This document shows, one piece after another, positions 1 to 14,239 of a DNA stretch of 64,000 nucleotides. Made by a program: the position numbers and the translations under genes. The notes below the pieces were generated by a model. The model did no database searches, was not told the origin of the DNA, and worked only from the letters and a program-made list of their open reading frames with translations. Location: positions 131,378,001-131,442,000 of the forward strand of contig NC_043000.1 of NCBI RefSeq assembly GCF_006345805.1. The letters run 5' to 3'. Each line of letters begins with the position of its first letter. Positions within the stretch are counted from its first letter, which is position 1. The stretch comes from Octopus sinensis. Its lineage: Eukaryota.

Positions 1-40
1 ATAAAGCATTTTCATTCCTCCCACCCCAAATTTTAGTGGG

Positions 41-272
41 TGCACCATTTGAGCATGGCCGTTGCCAGTGCCGCCTGACTGGCTCTTGTGCCAGTGGCAT
101 GTGAAAGTACCCACTACACTCTCGGAGTGGTTGGCATTAGGAAGGGCATCCAGCAGTAGAAACTCTGCCAGATCAGATTGGAGTCTAGTGCAGTCATCTG
201 GTTCGCCAGACCTCAGTCAAACCGTCTAACCCATGCTAACATGGAAAGCGAACATTAAACAATGATGATGAT
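41..272 (+). mobile_element. SINE-like repeat family E, 3' part
   Basis: Contains GTGGTTGGCATTAGGAAGGGCATCCAG and ends in a (GAT)n tail; clearly homologous to copies at 5040-5473 and 5971-6222. Confidence 0.75.
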
Positions 273-717
273 GCTAACAGCACCCTCTGTGGTGGATCAG
301 TTACTAAGTTGTCTTATCTCTCTCACCCCGGCACTCTGTAAAGTATTCAGTGAGTTAAACAGAGAGACAACATAGATTTGAAAGGAGTTTTTAGTGTTGC
401 TGAGGAGATGACAACCTCTCTGATGCTGGTGCAACAAGATGCATCCAATACACTCTAGAAAGTGGTTGATGTTAGGAAGGGCATCCAGCCCAAAAAATCC
501 ATGCCAAAACTGAGAGATTTGAGCAAGACATGGTCCTCCAAATTGAAGAGGACAGTAACTCTGAATAATAAGTGATTCAGAGTTAAAAAAATCCAACTGG
601 TGCCATCATGGAAAAAGAATGTAAAATGATACTGATGAACACGTGTGTATGTGTGTTCACGCATGTGTATGTGCATGTATATGTGTATATATGTGTGTGT
701 GTGTGATATATATATAT

Positions 718-750
<33 letters not shown>

Positions 751-812
751 GGCGGTGCCCCAGCATGGCCACAGCTCATAAGCTGAAACTAGAATCAATC
801 AATCAATCATAT

Positions 813-844
<32 letters not shown>

Positions 845-3800
845 ATATATTATATTATATCATATATATATTATATATATATATTATATATGTACATGTG
901 TACACATCCACATATACAATTATCTTTTTACATGCTGGTATGGGTTGGCTGGCCCTCACATCTCTCTACTCACAGTGGTCTTTCATCATCTGGCATAGAT
1001 GGCAACAGAGGAAAAAAAGCCCAACTCTGTAGTTTCTATTCTTACTTTTGGTATGGCTTCTACAGCCCCCATTACTAACCAACCATCTGCAGTGCAGACT
1101 AGGTGCATTTTACCATCATGCCTCCAGCAGCACACCCACACACAATACAAATATTTTTTTTCTTCTTTTGTTTAAAATACAGAAGCAAAAATTAATTCAA
1201 ACAAAACACAATTGACAGATTTTTTTCAACTAGAAAATCATGTAACAGAAAATATTTGTGATGTAAGAGAGAAGAAAATGGTTGTGAGGTGAAACATGAA
1301 AGAATATTGGGCTCTGAATACTTACCTGTAGAACAGGTAAAATATGGTAGGGTTATTATACATATAATGTTACAAAAATAGGAAGTGAAGAAAAAATTCT
1401 TAAACATGCAATTACAGTAGATCTAAGAGATAAGACTTTGAATTGTTGTAAATATATTCTTAAAACATCTAAGGTCTGAAATAATTTTTTTCAGACTTAG
1501 GGTACGATTATAAATATACACGCATAAACATGTATATTTATATTATGTGCATATATGTATATAAACAAGTACACATGTGTTGAAAAGCATATTGAAATAA
1601 AGAGACTTAGTAAAATTCAAGTCTTTATTATTCGTAATCTTTATATTCATCGTTAGAAAGAAAACCAACAATAGCAAAAATCTGTCTTTAGAGACTACAA
1701 AAATTGCATGGATGAAGGATGAAAAGATTTCATTTTTTTTTCATGTATTAGATGTTTCAAGGCATGAAGAAATGAAGATGTAGATATGAGGAAACCTACA
1801 TAAGGGAAAACATAACTACAAATAAACATATTCTGCTACCACCACCGCCATCACCACCACCACCACCTTCGTGAGAGTGTTAACATTGACTATGAAGTTA
1901 TTTTCTACACTCCTTTACAGCTAGCCTTCAACCCAGGAACCAAGAGGTAGTATCTCATTTCAGCAAGGATGATCAAGGAATCCTTGAGTAACATGTGTTT
2001 CTTTGGGGGCACACTACACTACCAAGGTATATGAGTCCATTATTTGAACTACCAAGTTACTGCATATCCAACAATGCTAAGTAAACATGACATTACATCT
2101 TTAACTTAAATACTTCAGAGAAAATAGTTTATTCAAGTGGAACACTTGTGTATTTCTTTGTTGTGACCATCCCATGCCAGCATGGACAAAATAGATGTAA
2201 AAGGAGTGAAGAAGGTCAGATTTGTTTGCAAGAGGGGAATGTGACAGCAACTGGACACTTAATATCAAGGCAACATCCATCAGTGAACTTACAAAAGTAT
2301 AGTCCATTTAAATATATATGGAAGAGTCTAAGTATTCTTAATTCCTTATTTATATCATAGATGAAGATTTTTTTTTTTTGTTTGTTTGTTTGTTTAATTT
2401 TTTATAACCTGAAATCTCAACCTGATAAATCTGTAATGCTTTTTTAAACAAAAATTTGAGCAGAAAAATTGATTAGATTATTAATTGAAATATGAACTGC
2501 TAATTTTCTAAAAAAAATTTTTTATTTCAGTTCTCATATTTTGCAGTCTCTTTTGTATCAATTTGAAACTGAAGAATCTCCAAATCTAATCTGGCTGGTA
2601 TTAATTTTCGTCTGGATTTCTGTTTAAATACAGTCACACAGTACATTGAAGAAACATTACATTCCTGAAACTCTTGTTGCAACATTGACTTTTTCCATCG
2701 ACTTCTATGCAACATGGCAGCCAATGGGGAAAAAAAAGGCTTTATGTTACAGAATTCCATGTTATAACCAAAGTTTCAAGAATGCAATACCTCTGTAATG
2801 TGCAAGATGCCTGTAGTTTCATTTTGGTTTGGTAATGATACCTTAGATCTTAGGGGAGAGTAACTGGTAAGATATGACATTCCTGACAGTATATTCTCCG
2901 TACAAGAGATTCACAAATAATTGATTGAGTCTAACTGGTTCAGTTTTACTTAACAAGAATCTTCTTGCTTCATGGTTTTACCAGAATGTAAGCAAACACT
3001 GATAAATAAATTATAGCTGAGTAAATTTGTTTATGTGTGTCACTGAATGCAGACATGCATGTAATCGAGTGTGTAAAACAATAATTTACCAATTTCATAC
3101 ATTATATCAACAGTTCAGAAGCTTTTACCATTCATTTCAATATCCAAGACTTTAGGTACTGACAGTAGTTTTAAATACATTTAAAACTCGTTATTATTTG
3201 GATACATTCTACTAAATGTTATCTCAAAACAGTCTTAGAATTCCAGGATGATTCTGAAGTTTACCATAGGATCAAATTTAGAAATCCCTCCTTACATCCA
3301 TCAACATGAAGCTCTAACTGTCATGGATCCTGCAAAGGACATAGCAGGAGTCCCTTCTTCCAGACCACACTAATAAAAGCTAATATAATCTTTAAAATAA
3401 ATTTAAGTCTTATTGAGAATTCAATAAAACAATGTACCTGTTTTATTAATTGACCCAATATTTTCATAAATAAGTATCAAAGTATCAATAAATACCAATA
3501 TCTATATACACCCACTCACTTATTTGCACACACATCCACACAAGAAAATCTATAGTGTACTGCAACTTGACTATTTTTTGACAAAAATAATTAACTGCTA
3601 GAATCCAAATTAATCTACTGAAAGTATGATAATCCATTACAAACAGATAATAACAGTCGTAATTAAAATAATCAACAAGCAATCTCTTTCTGGGTTTTTT
3701 GCATTAGACATTTATAAAATGTCACTGACATTCTGTGTCATTAGCAATGTCATGCAATTGTCTAGCATCATGCGTAATATACTTGGTTACCTAGTAGCAA

Positions 3801-3893
3801 TAATATTTATAAAATAACTGCGAAAATGATGGCCATAAAAATTTCCTTGTTTTTATGGTAAATATTCATAATTAAAAATAGATATCTCTCTTT

Positions 3894-4277
3894 TTACTCT
3901 TTTACTTGTTTCAGTCATTTGACTGTGGCCATGGTGGAGCACCGCCTTTAGTCAAGCAAATCGACCCCAGGACTTATTCTTTGTAAGCCTAATACTTATT
4001 CTATCGGTCTCTTCTGCCGAACCGCTAAGGTACGGGGACGTAAACACACCAGCATCTGTTGTCAAGCAATGTTGGGGGGGACAAACACAGACACACAAAC
4101 ACACACACATATATATACGATGGGCTTCTTTCAGTTTCCATCTACCAAATCCACTCACAAGGCTTTGGTCAGCCCGAGGCTATAGTAGAAGACACTTGCC
4201 CAAGGTGCCACGCAGTGGGACTGAACCCGGAACCATGTGGTTAGTAAGCAAGCTACTTACCACACAGCCACTCCTGC
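3894..4277 (-). mobile_element. tRNA-headed SINE family A, full length
   Basis: Minus strand has A-box-like TGGCTGTGTGG, B-box-like GGTTCAGTCCC, internal (TA)n(TG)n tract and GACTGAAACAAGTAAAAGAGTA tail; more than 10 homologous copies in the window. Confidence 0.9.
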
Positions 4278-5039
4278 AACACATTTGTTTATTATGTAAG
4301 TTTTGCATTGACTACATCATTTACTGTTAAAGAAATGTAGCATTTGTTACTTTCCAAACTGTATAACCTTGTATTATTTAAGAAAGTCAGTGCCTTCTAT
4401 GTTATTTTTTTTTTTCTATGAAGAGCATGACAACTGGCAAATGCCATGTAAATAGTAAGGAATAGAAGAGATTTCATGTTGACAATCGGGTGAACCTCAA
4501 ACCAAAACTGACATCTTTTACTTTATTAAAAACTGATTGTGTTGCAAAGATGATGTAGATTGCATTGAGCATTGTTTTATAAAATGAATGGATCAAAGGT
4601 CAAAGTTATTCCATGAATGAACAAATCTCAGAACTCCTGAACATCTAAGACACTATATACAACAAATAAACCACATCAGTACTAGACATTGTAATAAATT
4701 ATATCCATATACACAGAAATACACATGCAAATGCAGAAATACATTGGTGAGTTTGTTTGTGTGTACAGATTTATATATGCATACACTTACTAAATTACTG
4801 ATACATTAACAGTAATGCTCAGAGTAAGGTGATAGATTTAAACCAACACAGTATGTATAATTTAATGAAGCAATTAAATATGTTGAATAGCTGTAAACAA
4901 CTGTATTTTTTTCATATGATGAAAGACCGAGACCTCTCGAGATATGCTCTGACTGCGAAGACCCGACAAACAAAGTGAGTTCATGGCTGTATCCTACACC
5001 AGCTTCACATAACCAACCCCAGCACATTCAAATTACCTT

Positions 5040-5473
5040 GGATCGCAGGACGGCCTGCTGTGCTCACCTTGGAGCGTAGGGCATCCGGCTGTGTTTGAAG
5101 AGACCTATTGAGTCAAGTACATCAACATCAAAATAAAAATCAAATGGAAATTGTAGTTGTGATACCCGTGTCAGTGGCACGTAAAAAGCACCATCCAAAC
5201 GTGGCTGATGCCAGCGCTGCCTTGACTGGCTTCTGTGCCGGTGGCATGTAAAAAGTACCAACCGATCATGGCAGTTGCCAACCTCCTCTGGCCTGTGACG
5301 GTGGCACGTAAAGAGCACCCACAACACCCAGAGTGGTTGGTGTCAGGAAGGGCATCCAGCTGTAGAAACACTGCCAGATCAGACTGGAGCCTGGAGCAGC
5401 CTTCTGGTTTTCCAGACCCCAGACGAACCGTCCAACCCATGCTAGCATGGAAAACAGACGTTAAATGATGATG
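5040..5473 (+). mobile_element. SINE-like repeat family E, long copy
   Basis: Three internal copies of GTGGCA(C/T)GTAAA(A/G)AG, then GGAAGGGCATCCAG and a (GAT)n tail. Confidence 0.75.
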
Positions 5474-5970
5474 AATCTCACTACAAGGAGAAAAAGATCA
5501 GCCGATCAAGTTTCAACCTTCATCGGGGTTTCATCAGTAACTGACTATGCTTCTCTGTCTACAGTAATGCTGTATTTATGTGTATGGTTGTTGTTCGTGT
5601 GTGTTAATTTTTGTATTATTCCATGTCAACTATAATGGTGTTCATTTGTGCCCAAAGGCTTTTAAATGGGGTTCCAGGGAAGTTTTACTACAAATGCAGT
5701 CAAGAATTTTTGAAACTGTATTGTATTTCCAGGCTGTATTATTGAAAATATAATTGTAAATTGCAAAATCATCTTAAAATGTCCTTTTTACACCATGCCA
5801 TATAAAAAAAATTTACTAGGAGATTTTTCTCAGAAACTAGTGCATTTGAAAAAGCCAAGCTTGCTCTAAAAAAAAAAAAGAAAAGAAAAGAAAAACCAAG
5901 CAAATTAAAGAAAAAAAATACTATCCAGAACAGTTACTCATCATCATCATGAAAAGAATATATTAAACAT

Positions 5971-6222
5971 GTGCCGGTGGCACGTAAAAAGCACAATTCA
6001 AGAATGGTCAATGCCAGTGCTGCCTGAGTGGCTCCTGTGCCAATGGCACGTAAAAAGCACCCACTACACTCTTGGAGTGGTTGGCATTAGGAAGGGCATC
6101 CAGTTGTAAAAACCTTGCCAGATCAGATTGGAACCTGGTGCATCATCCTGGCTTGCCAGTTCTCAGTCAAACCGTCCAACACATGCCAGCATGGAAAGTG
6201 GACGTTAAATGATGAAGATGAT
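5971..6222 (+). mobile_element. SINE-like repeat family E, 3' part
   Basis: Same motifs and tail as 5040-5473. Confidence 0.75.
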
Positions 6223-6563
6223 TTACTCTAGATGGATTTTCTGAGTGGTTTTATTAGAAAAGCTATTACAGATAAGGGATTGGTGGGAATATTACGTACT
6301 TCTATAGGTCAATATGTATCTGTGTGTAATCAAAGATATCTGAATGCAAATATGCATTTATCTAGTAAATTATGGAATTTATGAATGATCAGAATTTATG
6401 GAAGTTTATTTACTGAAAAAAAAAAAAAAAAAAAAAAAAAAACTTATTGTGCTTTTAGAAACAAAACTCTGAATTTAACACTGATTTTGAAAATAATACA
6501 CTTACAATAACAATTGATAGAACAAGGACCATGTTTAATTTGGTCAGACAAACATATACACAC

Positions 6564-6594
<31 letters not shown>

Positions 6595-6645
6595 TATTTC
6601 TCTTGAATGAAACAGTTCTAGTCCTGTAGAAGCTCCTTCTATATA

Positions 6646-6685
<40 letters not shown>

Positions 6686-6687
<2 letters not shown>

Positions 6688-6825
6688 GACAGGCTTCTTT
6701 CAGTTTCTGTCTACCAGATCCACTCCACTGGTTGGCCTGAGGCTATAGTAGAAGACACTTGTCCAAGTGTGTCACACAGTGGGACTGAACCCAGAATCAT
6801 GTGGTTGAAAAGCAAGCTTCCACAG
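6686..6825 (-). mobile_element. SINE family A, head fragment
   Basis: Homologous to the family A head, with several CpG-to-TpG/CpA changes. Confidence 0.75.
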
Positions 6826-7052
6826 AACCACTCATCATTTTGTCAGAAGAATCCTTTATTTGAACCCATAACTGAAACACTAACTTCATTAAAAGAAACA
6901 TCCGAACTTGAGAGATTACACATTGCTATTAACGAAACTAATGAAAATAACCAACGAAGCATTTAATCATGATCCCAAATAATTTTCCAAGAGACAGACA
7001 CGAAACTGTAAACTTGCAGAAACAGCTCTCATTCACTAATATTTCACCAACT

Positions 7053-7245
7053 TAGGTGGCGAGCTAGCGGAAACGTTAACATGCCAGGTGAAATGCTTAG
7101 CGGTGTTTTGTCTGTCTTTACGTTCTGAGTTCAAATTCCGCCGAGCTCAACTTTGCCTTTCATCTTTTGGGGTTGATAAATTAAGTACCAGTTGCGTACT
7201 GGGGTCGATCTAATCAACTGGCACCCTCCCCAAAAATTTCGCAGA
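7053..7245 (+). mobile_element. SINE family B monomer, alternative tail
   Basis: Head GGTGGCGAGCTAGCGGAAACGTTA, B-box-like GAGTTCAAATTCC, and a GCCTTTCATC..GGGGTTGATAAATTAAGTACCAG core shared with the other family B copies. Confidence 0.8.
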
Positions 7246-7808
7246 CTTCTACATAAAACCATGAGAGCCCTAACTGTTGTAAAATTGTGAGCAAGTTGAA
7301 ACATACACCTCTGATTGGAATACATTTTTATTATCCAGGAAAGTTATTTTTTAATTTTCTCTGTAAATATTTAAAGTTTTCTATTAGTATATATTTTTAA
7401 TGGAATAAATTTTTAAGCTCATAATTCCTGCCTTCTGGTCTCCAAAACTCCAAATCATTATAAAATAGTTAACAGATGAGTAAAAATTCCAGGATTTTTC
7501 AGGAATAAATCCATGTAAACTGAGGAGTCTAATCATGACCAACATAGTTTTATCATAAGAGTGGGAAACCCAACACTATATCGTGTTTGATAGCTTATTG
7601 CTACTGAATTGAAGGAGATTTGGCTGATACTTTTAGCAGATTTAACCAAAAAGAGCCCCCTCACATACATACTCATACATGCATGCACATACACACATAT
7701 ATTACATTCGACAGTAGAATGTGATTTGAAGGACATGTAGAAAGCAGAATGAGAGAGATGGAGAGAGGAGAGCCATCAAAAGTATTAGTTTCTGTGAATG
7801 CTCTATGC

Positions 7809-8004
7809 CAGTGGTTCCCAAACTTTTTAGAGTCGTGACCCACTATTCATATCACCAGTTTATGACGACCCACTTAACTCTACTGAACTATTTCGATAGA
7901 CAGCAGTTAATCAAAGCTAATGCGTAATTTTATAACTTTTTGCGACCCACTAAGATTCCGTTCACGACCCATCTGTGGGTCGCGACTCAGTTTGGGAACC
8001 ACTG
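7809..8004. mobile_element. hAT-type MITE (196 bp)
   Basis: Terminal inverted repeats (TIRs) CAGTGGTTCCCAAACT / AGTTTGGGAACCACTG with exact 8-bp TSD CTCTATGC at 7801-7808 and 8005-8012. Confidence 0.92.
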
Positions 8005-8049
8005 CTCTATGCTATAATACAATGTAAAGTAGAGGTCATTGTGTTGCAC

Positions 8050-8190
8050 TAACTGAAGCCACCTTTCTGCAAGTTCTTTGATCCCCACAATGATACCAGT
8101 TCTTGTCCATCAAGGCAAAGAACACCGTCACAGAACTTTCCACCTCCTCTAGGTTGATGAAGTGTGGCTAGCACAGGAAGTGAGCCACAG
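8050..8190 (-). pseudogene. mariner transposase C-terminal fragment, inverted
   Basis: Reverse complement aligns by eye to 8590-8720 (GGCTCACTTCC...GAGGAGGTG...AAAGAACTTGCAGAAAGGT). Confidence 0.6.
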
Positions 8191-8279
8191 ATTGGAACAA
8201 GTAATAATCTGAGGGAGATATTTTTCTACACTCCTAATGTGCATAAGCAGTGGCTGAGCAAGTTGCCAATCATGGGTGC

Positions 8280-8800
8280 TTAGAGCACAAGGTGACGTTC
8301 TGCATCCGTTGGAATTACAAGGGGATAATTCACTATGAATTTATTCCGGTTGGTTGAACCATTTATGCCAACATGTATTCCAAACAGCTGAAGCAGAAAT
8401 ATGCCATTATGCATAAAAATTACTTGGCATGGCATTGGTTAACAAAAAGTGATAACAAGACAATGCAAGACCTATAACTGCTTGAGCAACCTGTAATAAA
8501 CTCCAGGAACTCGAAGGAATTGAACTGATGTCACACCAAACAAACAGTCTGTACCAAGCTCTCTCAGACAACTACTTCTTCCAATTCATGGCTCACTTCC
8601 AGTGCTCATAATGCTTTATCAAACAAGAGGAGGTGAAAACTTCAGTGAAGGAACTCTTTACACCAATGAACAAGAACTTGTATCAACATGGAATCAAAGA
8701 ACTTGCAGAAAGGTAGCTTCAGATGGGTCAACAAGATGCCTCTACTTTGAATGCTAGGTTGCTTTCGTTGTAATTTGATAAGTTACCAAAATATTACAAA
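8280..8800 (+). pseudogene. degraded mariner (D,D34D-type) transposase
   Basis: Frame-broken translation gives CIRWNYKGIIHYEFIP, (Q)DNARP, KLQELEGIELMSH, SDNYFFQFMAHF and HGIKELAER, all typical mariner motifs. Confidence 0.75.
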
Positions 8801-8836
8801 ACTTTTGACTCAACATGTTGATTCTATGAATGTGTA

Positions 8837-9342
8837 CAGTAAATCCTCGAGTATAGTCCGCCCTTGAGTATAATATGCAGGGGATTTTTAGGGGGCTGTA
8901 CCTCTGAAAAACCTAAACCTTGTGTATAATACGCACCCCTTCTCTAACTTGAGTCAGGGAGGTCTATATAACATCCTTGGTTTGTAAAAATGTATACGGT
9001 AACGTCCTTTATTATTATTGTATATATAACATAATGCAAACGTGTAGCTTTTTTGTGCATTTTGTTTGCAGAAAATAAAGAAATAATAGCAATAACGTTT
9101 AATAAATGTTGCTTACTGCAAGTTATGGATGATTCTTTTATGACTTCATTGCTTTCAGGCTTAGCTTAAGGTATTTTCATGCCCGACATCACGAAATGCG
9201 TCAGAATAAACATTGCTGGACAGCAAATAGAGACTCGAAAATTGCTTAGAAAATAATTTTCATTTTTAACCTCGTATGTAGTTAGAGATTTTGACCTTTA
9301 AATTTTGGGAAAAAAATGTGGATTATACTCTAGGATTTACGG
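8837..9342. mobile_element. Tc1/mariner-pogo-type MITE
   Basis: TIRs CAGTAAATCCTCGAGTATAGTCC and GGATTATACTCTAGGATTTACGG, TA on both flanks. Confidence 0.85.
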
Positions 9343-10386
9343 TATGCAATATGTAAATTATTTCTTGCTATTTCAATTTACTGTTCTCAAACAAGATATT
9401 CTTTCTGATAGAGATTTCTTCACAACAATCATTAAGATTGTACAACTTATGAACAATCTCATGTTGTTCTATTTCTGTCTGTCTCTCTCTCTCCACTCAC
9501 ACACACATTACATATACACACAACAGTAGCGTATGATTTGAAAGAATTTTGGTCGCTATTTCTTTGAAATCTAACCAATATGTAGAGGAGTCTGTTCCTT
9601 GGCTCATGCACATCATATAAGCTAATTTTAGTGATTGATTTGAAGGTTGATGTATTCACTGTCTCTGCAAAGCAAGCAAACATTGAAGATCTCTCGCAAA
9701 ACAATTATATAAATAACAGCTCTAACAATGCTACAAAAATTGTTAAATCTTGATAATGAAAAGTGGTCTTGTGACAATCTCATTGCTTTGTGTTTCAGGA
9801 AATATATTATTCAATGTCTACATTTATGATTTCAGTTTGATTTATTACTAATTTGCTAGCTATTTTTGGTACGTCAAGACGGGAAAATTTTTGCTGTCTT
9901 TTGAACAAAGTTGCTTAAAAACACTTTCTCTCTTTCACTGTCTGTCTTGAATGTATTTATGTGTGTATGTGTATGTATATAAGCAAGCATCTACATATGC
10001 TTGTATGTTTAACATCCATTACTGGAAAGCCAAGTGATAATTATAACAATAATGAGAGAAACAGAGTGAAAGAAGGAATTAACGGAGGTTTGATAGTGAG
10101 AATTGTCAGTGGATTGTCTGTTGCCAGATTATGTAAAAAAATGTACAAAGAAAAGTCAGCTGAGGCTTTTGATATTATTGTTTTCGAACATAATGAATAA
10201 TTATTATTAAGAATAATGAGAGAAACAACGTAATGAATTTCACAGAAAAATAGCTATATTCATTACAAAGTGTGAATCATGACTGACCTATGAGTTTTCA
10301 AGCAAAAATTATATATTTTTCCTTGCGCATATGACCAGTTTCAATCTGTATGTGTTACGCAATAGGAACAAATGGGAAATATATAT

Positions 10387-10610
10387 GTGGAAGCACGTGG
10401 CTTAGTGGTTAGGGTGCTAGCATCATGATTGTAAGATTGTGGTTTTGATTCCTGGACCAGGCGACGTATTGTGTTCTTGAGCAAAACACTTCATTTCATG
10501 TTGCTCCAGTCCACTCAGCTGGCAAAAATGAGTAACGCTGCGATGGACTGGTATCCCGTCCAGCTAGGGAACACACATGCCATAGAAACCGGGCCCATGA
10601 GCCTGGCTAG
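10387..10610 (+). mobile_element. tRNA-headed SINE family D
   Basis: A-box TGGCTTAGTGG, B-box-like GGTTTTGATTCC, body TTGTGTTCTTGAGCAAAACACTTCATTTCA; near-identical to 10812-11050. Confidence 0.85.
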
Positions 10611-10811
10611 TATTCTAATGTAGATCTTGTTTAATTCTTGTAGCAGTCAGCTATTGATCAGAGCTGAAATATGCCATAATTTTAAAGTGAACTTTAAGTC
10701 TTTGTGATGTGGTGCTTGTGATGTTGTATAACTGTGCGGGAGAGAGGAGGGAGACATAATAAATCGCTACACATTGTGAAGCCTAAAATTTATTGTGGCT
10801 TTGAAAGTTTC

Positions 10812-11050
10812 GTGGAGGCACGTGGCTTAGTGGTTAGGGTGTCAGCATCATAATCGTAAGATTGTGGTTTCGATTCCTGGACCGGGCGCCGCGTTGTGTT
10901 CTTGAACAAAACACTTCATTTCACGTTGCTCCACTCCACTCAGCTGGCAAAAATGAGTAATGCTACGATGGACTGGTGTCCAGCCCAGCTGGAGAACACA
11001 TACGCCATAGAAACCGAGCCCATGAGCCTGGCTAGGCTTTAAAAGGGCGC
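10812..11050 (+). mobile_element. tRNA-headed SINE family D
   Basis: A-box TGGCTTAGTGG, B-box GGTTTCGATTCC, same body and tail as the previous copy. Confidence 0.85.
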
Positions 11051-11951
11051 ATTTATTTTTTAGGTATTGTGAGATCACAAGCAGGCTAATAGGTAAGATA
11101 GACTGCAGTTGTTGTACAGGAACAGTAAATACTAAGAGCTCATAGGAAATACATTCTCTCAAATGCTCCCTAAAAACAGTTGATAGCTTTCGTTATCTAG
11201 GTGACTTAATTAGAAGTAGGGGTGAGTGTTTTTGAAACAACAGTAGAATTATCCAACATTATAATCAGGTTTCCACAGTATACACAGCCCTTGCTCTCTA
11301 TATACATATGTACGTGTGTATATAATGTATGTGTATATACTTGATATCCTGTTTATTGATTTTATATATATAATCTACAAACAAACATACATAATATCTA
11401 AGGGTATATTTTTCCCTCTGAAGAGATTATGCTCAGAAATATGAATTTAATATTTGATAAATTTCACTGTATATAATGGAAACAGCTGTCAGAGATAATG
11501 ATTGATTTGTTGCTGATAGTAAACTCTTACTAACTTCAAAGTCTGCATTTTCTACTTTTTCCTTTGTATGAATATAAACTACTGTTTATATACAAACTTA
11601 TTATTTTAAGGAAATCAATTCCCCCCACCCTCAAATATTAGATATTGAACCAGTATTTCCTTGGATGACACTATTCATTCAGGAGGCAAACATAACTTCA
11701 TATTCACACACACACACACACACTCACTATACACTGACATATATATCCCCTTCCTCCTCCTCATCATCATCAATTATTATTCAGACAAACTGCTCTGTCA
11801 GGTCAGAAGACCACATTTCACTTACAAATTTTACTTTTGGTTGGTTTTTATGGCTGGTTGCCCTCTTAACATCAACCACTTTACAGGTATATATTCATTT
11901 CAAATGTTGGCAGAAGGCCAGCAATTTGGGGGTAGGGCTAAGTCAATTACA

Positions 11952-12192
11952 TTTGACCCCAGTATTCAACTGGTACTTATTTTATTGACCCCAGCATATA
12001 TTGAGTAGCATTTTACTGTGTCATCAGCACTAGCAAGGTTGACTTGTCTTTGAAAAGTCCAAAGGGCCCTCATTTGACCTCAGTATTCAACTGGTACTTA
12101 TTTTATTGACCCCAGCATATATTGAGTAGCATCTTACTGTGTCATGAGCACTAATGAGGTTGCCTTGTCTTTGAAAAGTCCAAAGGGCCCTC
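11952..12192. repeat. direct tandem duplication of about 120 bp starting in a decayed family B fragment
   Basis: TTTGACC(C/T)CAGTATTCAACTGGTACTTATTTTATTGACCCCAGC...GAAAAGTCCAAAGGGCCCTCA occurs twice in tandem. Confidence 0.85.
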
Positions 12193-14239
12193 ATGATCCT
12201 ATGTTGTCCATTTGTATGTCACACTTTAAGGAGTGTATATTATACTTCCCAATCTCCATCACCATTGCCAATTTTAGCATTTGTATCACCATGCTTTCAG
12301 GAGTTGGTAGTTTGAAAGCTGTTGAGCAGGAGATCAGGCCCAGACCTTTTCATGTGCTTCATAGAATTTTTAGTACATGCGCAGAAACATAAATAGATAG
12401 ATGTTTAATTAACTCTGATAATTATTAGTAGTTATCCTCCATCAAGTAGTACTTTACCTGAAATATAAGGAACTAATGAATATTTCCAAGGCAACAATAT
12501 TTAGGTGCCCTACTTGCTATTAGTGTTGCTTTGATATTTATAAATTCATTTTGCTGTAGCTTGTTAAAACAAACTCATTTTTCATATACACACACACACA
12601 CACACACACAATGCATATTTTCAACAGGGTATGTTAGATCTACATGTACCTGCCCACCATCATTTACCACAACTCTTTCTACATTTTTAGTCATCATCCT
12701 TTGTTCTCAGCCACTTGCTACTGACAACCATCATTCACTCTCACCATTTACTCATCTCTATCATTATGCATCTCTCACTCACACCTTATCCCAATCTGTT
12801 TCTATTATCTTACTCTTGCTTCCTTCATCCACCCACTCACATTCTTCTATTATCACCCTCTCTTTTATCTATCTGTTAAGCCCCATGAGAAAAATATAAC
12901 ATAGTCTGATGTTCAAAGCAACATCACTACTATTGTTGTTCACTATAAAATTCACCCAAAATATTCAATGATGTGATTGGTGAATAACAAGGATATAGTC
13001 AAAAGAACACTTTAGTCTTGCCATAAACAGGATCTCTCTAAAGCTGGTGTCACAATAAAAGCACCTGATACATCCAGCTGCAGAAACCAAACTTCAAAAC
13101 TGAAACATATATGTAAGATAAGATCCCCTAACCCATATAGGAGGATAATAACTCCCAAAAAAGAACTGACTTGGATGTGATGGATGAGTGTTGGTTTAAG
13201 ATGATGAATATTCAGTGTAACAAGTCACAAGTAAAATATCAGAAACTGTATTAAAAATTTGGTAAATTCTTCCATGAGAACTGTTGTTCTCTCTCATGGT
13301 TAGAACCAATTATGAATCAGCCAGCAGATTCTCACAGAAAACCTGAATATATACCATGTTCCTACTAAATTTGTTCCCTGCATTCACTTGACATACGCAT
13401 TTGTGTCTTTGCAGTATTTCTAAAACTGAAAGTGAAACTGAAGAGGCACTACTTGTAGACAGCAGATGAAATTCAAATAGAAGGTAGAGCAACTATTTTA
13501 CAGTAATTCCTAGCTAGTAAAACAGTCAATTCTGCTGTTTTTAAAATAAATATTACTTTCCACTAAAATATTTCAATTTTTTTTTATTCACAATTGTGAA
13601 TAAAAAAAATTTAGATGGAAAAAACAAAGGAAAACATTCCTATCATAAACAAAAATAGATAAATAGTTAAGGTAGTTCAGTGAAATTTTATGTAAATATG
13701 GTAGCCAAGATTATTATCAAAAAAGTCCGTCACAAATTTTACCATCATATATATTAACAAATGTGTGCTTTTATGAGGTAACTCAACTGGTTAGAAATAG
13801 CAGCCAGATCTTCAAATCAGCCAGGATATATCATAATGATGAAAATAGAACCTTCCCTAGAAACTGTTTATGTATAAGTCATCTTAGTAAATGTAAATAT
13901 TGTACAATGCATATATCAAGTTTGAAGAATATGAAATTTATATTTTTAAATAAAATGTTTCCAGTTAAACAATATTAAGATTAATTAAGCCTTAGCTATG
14001 AGAAAGACAAACTAAGTTTCAATAATTTACCTAATTAAAATATCCAATCTATTTTTCTGAAAATGGAAATAGAGGTAAAGTCAATAACATTTTAATTCTA
14101 CCAAAGTCTCTTGTTATTAAAACAATATATTTTATATCAAAGATGGCCTTTTGAATCTAAAATTTTGGCATCTTGCCGTTAAAAATGCAATGGGTATTGA
14201 GCATGTACACACACATACACACACTCACATATATATATA

